From contig NC_057750.1 of assembly GCF_004010195.1 (NCBI RefSeq), positions 17,075,009 through 17,139,008 of the forward strand: a DNA stretch of 64,000 nt, written 5' to 3'. Source of the stretch: Chiloscyllium plagiosum. Its lineage: Eukaryota. The position numbers were made by a program, and so were the translations under genes. The notes under the pieces are model-generated. The model did no database searches. It was given only the letters and a program-made list of their open reading frames with translations, and was not told where the DNA came from. Shown in pieces: positions 41,601 to 53,600 of the stretch; position 1 is the stretch's first letter; each line of letters begins with the position of its first letter.

Positions 41601-44600
41601 CATCTGAGGAGTAGTAGCGAACAGCACCTTTCCTGATGAAGGGCTTATGCTCGAAACATCGACTCTCCTGTTCCTCTGATGCTGCCTGACTGGCTGTGCT
41701 CCTCCAGGCTTAGTTGATGTTTGTCTAGATGCACATCTCTGGGAACAATGTGGAGAGCGCAGAATGCTGCATCATGGAGCTGTACAAGATGAACCTCAGT
41801 GGGTGGTAAGGACAGGCCAGGGAACTATAGACCAGTTAGTCTGACATTGTGATGGGCAAGTTGTTGGAGGGAATCCTGAGGGACAGGATGTACATGTATT
41901 TGGAAAGGCCAGGACTGATTAGGGACAGTCAACATGGCTTTGTGTGTGGGAAATCATGTCTCACAAACTTGATTGAGTTTTTTGAGTGCAGGTGGAACTA
42001 GATTGGGTTGGGATATCTGGTCGGCATGAACGGGTTGGACTGAACGGTCTGTTTCCATGCTGACTCTAAAAAAAGCAATGTATCTCAGAGGATAAAGTAT
42101 TGATGGGTTCTTCTTCTTAGAAAAGTGAATAATCAGCTCATCAATGTACAGTATGCCAGTACATCTTGTTTAGTGTAGCTGCAAAGGACATGCTTCAGGT
42201 TAGGTTCTGTAGCTCGTCATCTTAATAACTAAGAATTCTCATTTCTAAAAATCAGGAGATCTTAAAAGAAAGAGAACACAATCCTTGTTCTCTTGTTGCC
42301 TTGTAAACATTCTGTAACCAATTTTGGGGAGGAAACACTTCACATACTCAGAAGTTCAAAAACACATAAATTGCATCCTGCCAGTAGAAAGAGTTAGATT
42401 AGATTAGATTACAGTGTGGAAACAGGCCCTTCGGCCCAACAAGTCCACAACGACCCGCCGAAGCGAAACCCACCCATACCCCTACATTTACCCCTTACCT
42501 AACACTACGGGCAATTTAGCATGGCCAATTCACCTAACCTGCACATCTTTGGACTGTGGGAGGAAACCGGAGCACCCAGAGGAAACCCACGCAGACACGG
42601 GGAGAACGTGCAAACTCCACACAGTCAGTCGCCTGAGTCGGGAATTGAACCCGGGTCTCTGGCGCTGCGAGGCAGCAGTGCTAACCACTGTGCCACCGTG
42701 CCGCCCACTAAGTTGCCCTGGAAGATTTCACATGTATTGTATACCAGGCTATTAAAAATTTGGGAACTAGTTAAGGTCATATAGGGAGTGATCTTGGACT
42801 GATTTCAGAACTTTGATCGGGTTGCAAGATTTGCTTGGAATATTTAAAACACAAAAAGGGAAAATATATTTATGATGGGCATATAGGAAAGATAACAGTG
42901 GCACATTTCCACTTGAACAAAAAAAAGGCTACATGACAGATCGGATGAATGGGGGGTTAGAAACACAACAAATTCTGTCTGTGCCACCTCTTCACTATAT
43001 TGTCCTTTCTCTTAGCTTAACTTCTTAGCACTTACCTGGAGCCTGTCAGACTCTGAGGCTTGCATTGCATTTAATGTAGAAGGAGAGGCAGGCAGCTTGC
43101 CAATTTGATACACTGAACAGTCAAGGGAGTGAGTGAGGACTGCAGATGCTGGAGAATCAGAGCTCAAAAATGTGTTGTTGGAAAAGCGCAGCAGGTCAGG
43201 CAGCATCCAAGGAGCAGGAGAATAGACGTTTCGGGCATAAGAAGGGCTTATGACCTGGTCTGCTATCTTACTTCAGGTTGGCTGAGACTGGTGTAAAAGC
43301 CTCCTTTAGGAGAAAGTGAGGACTGCAGATGCTGGAGATCAGAACTGAAAATGTGTTGCTGGAAAAGCGCAGCAGATCAGGCAGCATCCAAGGAGCAGGA
43401 GAATCGACATTTTGGGCATGAGCCCTGCCGAAACATCGATTTTCCTGCTCCTTGGATGCTGCCTGACCTGCTGCGCTTTTCCAGCAACACATTTTCAGCG
43501 CTAATAGCCTTCTTTGCCAGTCAGCAGGAAATTGCATTCCCCTCGTGTAGTGATTGGAACCAGGTGGATCTTGTTGACTACGAAGTCCTTGATTGGGATT
43601 CTTAACCTGGGCCAATTAGGAAGACCTGACTGACCAGTATAAACAGGGGATTTCTCCCTCCAACTCTATTTTGATTTAGTCCCTACCCTCCCCTTCACTG
43701 TTTTGATCACACAGCACTGTCCCTTGATGTGAAGGGCAGTGCTTGTCACTGGCCACCCGGGTGTTTTCCAATCTTCCTGGTTTGGAAATCGAATAAAGAT
43801 TCGTGCACTTTGTGTCTTTCACTGTGTCTCCCACCTGCACACACACACACCATGGGTGCTGGGGAAAAAATAAGCACTACTGCACTTAGGTGGTAGTGTG
43901 GGGGTTAATATTTAAATAAAAAAAAGGGGGGGAGTTTCGACCAAAACAAAAGAAGAAAAAAATAAAAATTAAAAAAAGGGAAGTGTCACTGCCCTTTGAT
44001 GTGAAGGGCAGTGTTTGTCACTGGCCACCCGGGTGTTTTCCTATCTTCCTGGTGGTGGAAATTGAATAAAGATTCGTGCACTTTGTGTCTTTCACTGTGT
44101 CTCACACCTGCACACACACACACCATGGGTGCTGGGGGAAAAAAATAAGCACTACCGCACTTAGGTGGAAAAAAAAAGAAAAAAATATATAAACAGGAGG
44201 TTGACGATCAATAATATAAATATCTATTTTGATTTAGTCCCTACCCTCCCCTTCACTGTTTTGATCACACAGCACTGCCCTTTGATGTGAAGGGCAGTGT
44301 TTGTCACTGGCCACTTGGGTGTTTTCCTATCTTCCAAAAAGAATAAGAAAAAAAAAGAAAAAAAATAAACAGGGGATTCATTTCTCCCTCCAACTCTATT
44401 TTGATTTAGTCCCTCCCCTCCCCTTCACTGTTTTGATCACACAGCACTGCCCTTTGATGTGAAGGGCAGTGTTTGTCATTGGCCACCCGGGTGTTTTCCT
44501 ATCTTCCTGGTGGTGGAATTTGAATAAAGATTTGTGCACTTTGTGTCTTTCACTGTGTCTCACACCTATACACGCACACCATGGGTGCTGGGAAAAAAAA

Positions 44601-47600
44601 AAGCACTACCGCAGTTAGGATGTAGTGTGGGGGGAAAAAAAGAAAGAAAAAAAAATTAATAAGGAAAAAATTTAAAAAAACAAGAGGAAAAAATATAAAC
44701 AGGGGATTAGCACTAGTGCACTTAGGTGGTAGTGTGGGGGTTAAAAAATATATAAACAGGGGATTTCGAATTTTTTCAGTTCAGTGGACTGACTCCAAGC
44801 TGGCTAGCTACAGACAGTGTACTATGCACAAGTAAATAAAGGGTGACTTGGTGGAGGGAGACCAGCCTCTGTGCAGTTATTTCACTTCCTTCATAGAACG
44901 ATAGGCTACCAACAGTGTTGAAGCAGGCCACTTGGCCCATCCAAACCTTCCGAAGGGCATCCCACCCAGACCCACCACCCCTGTCTTCTATCTCTGCATT
45001 TCCCATAATCCACACAGCCTACAAATCCCGACACTATGGGCAATTTAGCATGGCCCAATCCACCTAACCTGCACATCTTTGGACTGTGGGAGGAAACCAG
45101 AGCACCTGGAGGAAACCCATGCAGACACAGGGAGAATGTGCAAACTCCACATAGAACATAGAATATAACAGTGCACTACAGGCCATTCGGCCCTTGATGT
45201 TGCGCCGACTGTGAAACCAATCTGAAGCCCATCTAACCTACACTATTCCATTATGACCCATATGTTTATCCAAAGACAATTTAAATGCCCTTAAAGTTGG
45301 TGAGGCTACTACTGTTGTAGGCAGGGCGTTACACACCCTTACTACTCTCTGAGTAAAGAAACTTTTTCTGACATCTGTCTTATATCTATGATCTTATATC
45401 TCAATTTAAAGCTACGTCCCCTCGTGCTAGCCATCACCATCCAAGGAAAAAGGCTCTCACACTCCACCCTATCTAATCCTCTGATGATCTTGTATGTCTC
45501 TGTTAAGACACCTCTTAACCTTCTCTCTAACAAAAACAGCCTCAGGTCCCTCAGCCTTTCCTCATAAGACCTTTCCTCCATGCCAGGCAACATCCTGGTA
45601 AATCTCCTCTTCCCAATGTTTCCACAGACAGTCATTGGAGGGTGGAATCAAACCCAGGTTCCTGGTGCTGTGAGGCCACAGTGCTAACCACTGCGCTGCT
45701 CCTTACTTCCACCTGACCCAGTAGAACCTCCAGGTGTCTGATGGCAAACCAAGCTTCTCTGAGCCATTTTCTTGGAGCTAACAATGCAGGATCACAGAGT
45801 TGCAGCATCTGAAGTGGTGCCCAGCCAGGGTCCAAATATGGCACCAGCAACGTGAACGTCGCAAAATCCCAGTTTCAGGGAACACTTCCACCTCTCCGGC
45901 TGCACAGTTCCATCAGACGGGGGCCAAGGAGGTTGATTTCATAATTAATGAGATGAAGAGCAGAAGATTGCATGTGAAAAGTTGCCATGCTTCATGGCAG
46001 ACTGGGAACATGAACCACACGATAGTACACACTTGCCAAGAAATGGGAAAATTCAGCCTTTTGATTCATCTTTTAACTCATAAATATCTACCAGTCCAAT
46101 AATTAATTATCAGAAATTCTGATACATAGTTATAGTTTATTTCCAAAACATTCATCATTCTGCATTTGCGCTGCTGAATTTTGTATTTTGGAATTTTTGA
46201 ATTTTGTTTGATCACCAGTGATAATGGTGTGATATACTCACAGTTAAATCTCTTGATGAAAATATAGTTTACATTTTTATCTTAGAAACATCTGCCAAAC
46301 TGAGATTCTGCAAATTTAGTATTTAGGTTCCACAGTTCAAATCAATGCAAAATCTCTACTGCTGGCAAGCTGCCTATTGTCTGATGACACTGATTCCTGT
46401 TTTAACTCAACTTTTTAAAAAACTTACATGTTCATCATGTCAAATTATTTATTCTCCCCATGTCAACTCTGGCTTTATTGGCTGCACACTTGTCATCATT
46501 CACAAGATTCCAGTTTGAAATCTCACTCCAGGGCTTGAGCACAGAACCCCATGCTGACATTCCAATACAGCACTGAGGAAGCATTGCAATAACAAAGATA
46601 CTATATTTCAGATGATACCTTAAACCAAAGCTCCATTTACTTGAATATGTAAATGTAAAATCTCCCATAGATCTATTTTGAAGAAGAGTAGGGAAGATAC
46701 CTTTGGCTTTTTGGTGAACATTCATCCCTCACAAACAGATTGTCTGGACATTAATTCCAACTGTTTGTTGGTTTTTTAATGAGCCTAAATTGGCTGCTGT
46801 GTTTGCTGCAAGGGAGCACTGACTGTATGTCAAAACCTACTTTATTTGTAAAGCACTTTGAGGCATCCAGTGGTTATGTAAATGTAGCTGAAAATGTGTT
46901 GCTGGAAAAGCGCAGCAGGTCAGGCAGCATCCAGGGAACAGGAGAATCGACGTTTCGGGCATAAGCCCTTCTTCAGGAATGATAGTTATGTAAATGTAAA
47001 CCACCTCATCCATCAGCAGCTCCAGGTATCTGTTGGCGAATCAAGGTGCTTTTCTGGGTCATTTTCTTGGGAACAACAGTATCATATAATTGTTCATGAC
47101 TGGAAGATGTGTCCAGGTGGAAGAAGTGATGTGACCACTTCATTTGATTTTTTTCCTTACCCCAATATCCTTTTGAGCTAATTTCCAAGTACGATTGCAG
47201 GATTCTTTCCCATTTGGCCTGGAATTAAATAAAAGTTATGCATTTAATTCTGGATAGTTGTTGAGTCCAGTGAAGCACAATTATAATAGTCAACTCATTC
47301 AATTCTATTTGAGAATTCCAATCTAACCAATACATCTATTAAAATTGCGAATTCAACCATGTCAATTTGGCCAGAACAAATGACTCCAGCCGTCAATCAA
47401 AGTTAGCATATTGTACCCACATAAACATGTACAATCCTATTAAATGACTGTTTAAAAATGCTGTATCATTTATTCTAATCAAAATGCAAATTTTTCCCAC
47501 CCGAAGACTGAGACTGGAGTTCCCCTCCCATGTCAGGCCATGAGAATTGGAAATCTCCAGGCTTGCTTCACCACCTTGGAAAACAGTGGTCCAAAAGGTG

Positions 47601-50600
47601 TGGCCTTCATAATCGGAGTGGGGAAGCAAGTGTGGGTTGGAGTTGATCTTCAGGTAATGCTACTGAACTAGTAATTCTGAGCTGCAGGGTAATATTCTTA
47701 GTAACAAGGATCAGGACTAAGTTCAGGAATTTGACAGCTCCACTAGTTGCAGAGTTGGGGAATATAACATATTAGAATCTTTGAAAAGACTGATAATTCC
47801 TTATAAAATAACCAGATTCAATCGTTTTATTAGCACCGATGTAGTGTTCAGTGAAATACTTTTGGTATTATGTAAACCGTCAATAAAGATAGCACAGATG
47901 AAACTGGATGTGGAAAATGACGAAAACTATTGTTAGACAATTTGGACATAATTGTATTTCATTAATGGAATATAACCTCTTAATGAAAGACATTAAAGAA
48001 GTATTATTGATATCAGAGGTAGAAAGTTAGAAATCAAAAAGTCAATTCTGCTGAAGTTACATAGACAATTAAGTCAACTGTCTTCTAAAAGAGTAAAATC
48101 TTTTCATAAAGAAAGAAGAAATAAAGGATGGACATATAATAAGCTAATAGAAGAGACAGTGATAAATGTGAGATTACTAAGTAATATTGAAGGACACATC
48201 GTGGCCTATAGTGAACCTTCTCTTAGCAAAAGACTTCAATAATGTCATAACTATAAATTTAAAAGCTATGAAGTAATGAATAAAATGCATTTTATATTTT
48301 TTAGTTTGGAAACTCGATTTTGTTAGTTAACAATAGTACATAGTACAGTTGAGAAAATTATTGTGGATAAGGTGATGGAGTTGGTCTACCATCAAGTTTC
48401 TCACTTATAATTGGTGGGGTGTGGTGGAGGGGGAAGGCAGTCTACTAATAATTAATTCAGAGATATCTATGCAATTAGATAGACAGAAAACTGAAGAAGG
48501 CATTTGGTATGCTTTCCTTTATTGGTCAAAGCATTGAGTGTTGGAATCGGGAGGTCATGTTGTGGCTGTACAGGACATTGGTTAGGCCACTTTTGGAATA
48601 TTGCATGCAATTCTGGTCTTCCTATCGGAAGGATGTTGTGAAACTTGAAAGGGTTCAGAAAATATTTACAAGGATGTTGTCAGAGTTGGAGGATTTGAGC
48701 TAGAGGGAGAGGTTGAATAGGCTGGGGCTGTTTACCCTGGAGCGTCGGAGGCTGAGGGGTGACCTTATAGAGGTTTACAAAGTCATGAGGGGTATGGAAT
48801 AACAGACAAGGTCTTTTCTCTGGGGTGGGGGAGTCCAGAACTAGAGGGCATAGGTTCAGGGTGGGAGGGTAAAGATATAAAAGGGACCTAAGGAGCAACT
48901 TTTCCACAGACAGGGTGGTGCATGTATGGAATGAGCTGCCAGAGGAAGTGGCGGAGGCTGGTACAATTACAGCATTTAAAAAGACACCTTTACAAAATTA
49001 TGAGGGACATGGATAGGGTAATTCGGCAAAGTCTTTTCCCTGGGGTGGGGGAGTCCAGAACTAGAGGGCATAGGTTTAGGGTGAGAGGGGAAAGATATAA
49101 AAGTGACCTACGGGGCAACTTTTTCACACAGAGGATGGTACGTGTATGGAATGAGCTGACAGAGGAAGTGGTGGAGGCTGGTACAATTGTAACAGTTAAG
49201 AGGCATTGGATGGGTATATGAATAGGAAGGGTTTGGACGGATATGAGCGGGTGCTGGTAGGTGGGACTAGATTGGGTTGGGATATCTGGTTGGCATGGAC
49301 AGGTTGGACCGAAGGGTCTGTTTCCATGCTGTACATCTCTATGATTCTGACTGTAAATGGGACTAGATTAGAATACCTGGTTGACATAGATGAGTTGGAC
49401 CAAAGATCTGTTTCCATGCGGTACATCTCTATGACTCTATGAAAATAATTATTATGAATACAGCACCAGAATGTATTTTTAGAAATGGGATATGTAAAAG
49501 GAACCATGTAGTAATAGACTACATGATTCATAACATTTTGGTACTGCAATAGCATGAGCTATACAATCTAAGAATTTTTGGAGATGGTGGAAGACTATAG
49601 TCCATATCAGGTATATAAAACAAAGAACTGTGGATGCTGGAGATCTGAAACAAACAAAACAAATTGATGAAGAAACTCAGCAGATCTGACAGCATCTGTG
49701 AAGAGTTAGCGTTTTGGTCCATTGACCCATCTTCGGACTAATATCAGATGCTTCAACCAAACTAAAAAAGTATCAAAATAAAATAAATAATTGTGTATTT
49801 TAGTTGATGTCTATAAAATATGCTGTACGCCATCATATCCAGCAGTCATGGTTGGCACTGAGCTTACCAGTGGGCACAATATGCCTAATTCCCCAAGGCT
49901 ACTTTATAATAATTTTTACACAGTACAGTAAAGACACCATTAATGTTCAAACCTATTCTTTCCAAACCATAAATCGGTAGAAAGCCTGCACACATAATGA
50001 ATGCTAATTCACTGCGGAGATGAGATTCCCTCAAATACCTGTAATGTAATGATAGAGGATAAAAAGATAGATGTCATAGATGGAAGCTTCAGATTGACTT
50101 CCTGTGCTTATTGTCCCAAAAGAGGAATTGTGAACTAGGCATCCGAACCATCCGAAAATGAAGCTGCTTTTCATTTTGATGGAAAGGAAGGCATTTAATG
50201 GTTGATTTGTAATGAGTCTTGTGAAAATATTCTCAATCAGTCCTGCAATATGCCTGTGGCAAAATTAAACTGCTAAGCTCTTACAGATATTATGGAACTT
50301 ATGCTAAATAACAGTAGTTAATAAATAATTAATATTTATTTTTAATTACCACAGTCCATGAATCGTCCAGCCATCCACCTGATCAGGAATCATGCACTTA
50401 TGTTTTGAAAAAGTCTAAAAGAATGAAAATAATTATTTTCAGGTTTTTTTTTGTATTTATTTCTGCGTCATGGATCTTTCACTTGAATACTCGGCAGCAT
50501 TTGTAAATAATTAGATTGTTAAATATTTTTAGAAGTTCAAGTGATAATGTGGTACTTTAGTATAATCTATTTTTCTAAAAAAAATTAGAACCATTTCAGA

Positions 50601-53600
50601 GGAACAATATTAAGGAGCTACCACAGAGATTCAGGTAAAGATTGAGTCTGGTAGAGATAGCTGTTTTGCATGCATTGCTGTGGGGTGGTGTCACTTCACA
50701 GTGGTTATCTTTCACTTAGATCAAAATGGAGAGGATTAAATATACTTTGGGCACATTTCTAACCAAATGAATGGGGTTGCTGTGTCACAACCTGCAATTT
50801 ATACACAACAGCTTTGAATCTAATGATGTTAACCTTTTGTGTTTTGGAGAAGAAAAGCTACAGAATCTTCTGCCCTCTCCTTTGATGAGTTTGATGATAT
50901 TTAATCAGGTAGGAGCACAATGGGTGGGAACACCAACTCCTTTTTGATTCCACCCCAGTTAAGCGTTTGGCAGGAAGGTCCGTGCACAACATTCCCAACA
51001 TACTGGCGCTTGATGCCCTTAAGTGGCCAAATATTGCTCACTTAAGGACCTCATCGTGCTCTCACTGATATGAAGTCAAAGCGAATGAACACTAAGAAAA
51101 AGAAAGAAATCCATTTATGTCTTATCGTGTTGACTTTGAGGTAACAACCCTGTTGCTTAACAAGAGCAATGTCAACAAAACCATTTATGACACTGAACAG
51201 GGAGGTATCAGTCCAAATGGCTAAAATCCTGCTCCAAGAAGTAGAGTTATGATCATCGTAAGAGCAGAGGCACAGAGGTTTCAGAAGAAAATTCTAGAAT
51301 GTAGGGTTAAGACAGCTGAAAACACAGCAGCTAATGGTGGAATAATTAAAATCAAGGATGCACATTAGATTCCCTACAGTGTGGAAACAGGCCCTTCAGC
51401 CCCACAAGTCCACATCGACCCTCTGAAGAGTAATCCATCTCCCTCTGACTAATGGGCAATTTAGCATGGCCAATTCACCTGACCTGCACATCTTTGGACT
51501 GTGGGAGGAAACCGGACCACCTGGATGAAACCCACGCAGACACAGGGAGAATGTGCAAACTCCATACAGTTACTCAAGGCTGGAATCAAACCTGGGTCAC
51601 TGGTGCTGTGAGGCTGCAGTGCTAACCACTGAGCCACCGTGCCGGTCCCAAACAACACAGAACATTACAACACTGAATTGGATGGTGGTGCTAATTATGA
51701 AAATTTTAGGTATGGAGGAGATAACAGAAATAGGAGGAAGTTGAAAACAAGGATCAGAGTTTTCAAATTGAGGTGATATCTAACTGGGTGGCCAGTCAAT
51801 GTCAGCAAGCATTAGAATAATAGGTGAAAGAGATTTGATACATGAGAAATAATTAGGTTTTTGATGAGCACATCTTTATGAAGGATAGAAGTTAGTTAGC
51901 CTCGAATTGACATGAGACCTGTATATTCCTAAAAGGAAGTACCAGATCCAGTTGGCAGCTAACATTTATAACCATGCCCTGGTCTGCACACTTTCCAAAG
52001 ACAATGTAATCAGAGATTAGCTACATCTGTGGCATTTTGGTAAATATTATTACAACTAAATTTAAGAATATTGCTGCATGAGGGCATGTAAGCTGACTGC
52101 CAAAGTCTAACCTAAGAAGATATTCTGTCAAAAGAGTTAGCAAAGTAAAGAATATGAACTGTGAAAAATGAAAGTTTGGACACTGCCCTCTGATGGAGAA
52201 TGTACCAAGAGATGTTCTTTTGCTACTTGATGATCAAAAGTGGCACTATGATTTTACTTACTGGTTACACAGGGTCATGTAACCTTTGGAAAGCTGGATT
52301 TGATATACTTGTGAGACAAGCTGGCACCAGGTGTCTTTGCATTTTAAACCTGCATAGCAGCAACGTTTAGATTAATTGAGTTGCAATCTGTCACAGAATT
52401 GTGGGAATGCAGTTGAACACTGACCTCTGCAAGTAAACATTAACTCTCTTTGGGTGCTTGAAATAACTGCACAGAGACCGGTGTCCCATCATCAAATTAC
52501 CCTTTATTTACTAATACACAGTACCCTGGCTGTGACCAGCCAGCTTGGAGTCAGTCCTTTTTGTCTTTAAAGTTAGTAATTTTAGCAAAAATACTAGTTG
52601 AAACTTTATTGCTGGAACAGCACAGCAGGTCAGGCAGCATCCAGGGAACAGGAGCTTCGACTTTTCGGGCACAGGCCCTTCTTCAGGAATGAGCAGAGAG
52701 TGTTCAGCAGGAGAAGATAAAAGGTAGGGAGGGGGGACTTGGAGGAGGGGAGTCGGAAATGTGATAGGTGGAAAGAGGTCAAAGTGAGGGTGTTGGGTCG
52801 GAGTAGGATGGAGGCGGAGAGGTCAAGAAGAATCATATGGGTCTAGCAAAAATACTAGACCCATATGATCTAAATAAGTGAGAAATGATATGTGTACTAA
52901 ATAAAAGTATAGAGGATATTAAACTGATCTTCTGCAGCTGGGTTGTGAGATTTCATTTGCCAATTTTGACAGTTCTTACACATTTATTCGTGCAGTTTCA
53001 TGGAAGCGCTGTTTTGATAGTAAATGTCTTAAAGGAGGTAGTGGCCCTATGTAATGTGTATTTTAGAACTATAAATCTATATGTTAGTACAAGATGGCAG
53101 TCCTAAATAAAAGTTAAAAATAGGTAGCACAGTGTTATAGAAATAGGTAGTCATAGAGTCATTATGAGGGGCATGGATAGGATAAATAGACAAAGGCTTT
53201 TCCCTGAGATCAGAGAGAACTAGAGGGCATAGGTTTAGGGTGAGAGTGGAAAGATATAAAAGAGACCTAAGGGGCAACTTTTTCCTCTGAGGGTGGTACG
53301 TGTATGGAATGAGCTGCCAGAAGATGTGGTGGAGGCTGGTACAATTGCAACATTTAAGAGGCGTTTGGATGGATATATGAATAGGAAGGGTTTGGAGGTA
53401 TATGGGCCGCGTGCTGGCAGGTAGGACTAGATTGGGGTGGAATATCTGATCGGCATGGACGGGTTGGACCGAAGGGTCTGTTTCCATAGATAGGACTAGA
53501 TTGGGTTGGGATATCTGGTCGGCATGGTAGTGTATAAGGAAATTTCAGAGATAATGAGCAACTGACTGTAGGGACATGCCAGTAGTGGAAACTGTTTGAT

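Noticed and set aside
43655..44750. CRISPR-like or satellite interpretation of the repeat array
   Set aside because: Eukaryotic context, no unique spacers or cas genes; units are variably truncated with poly(A) tails, which fits retroposition.
49868..50038. Exon-like segment on the minus strand (pyrimidine tract + CAG ... CTG|gtaagc)
   Set aside because: Stop codon in the phase required after exon 3 and no RNase T2 similarity; exons 3 and 4 join correctly without it. At most a cryptic or poison exon.
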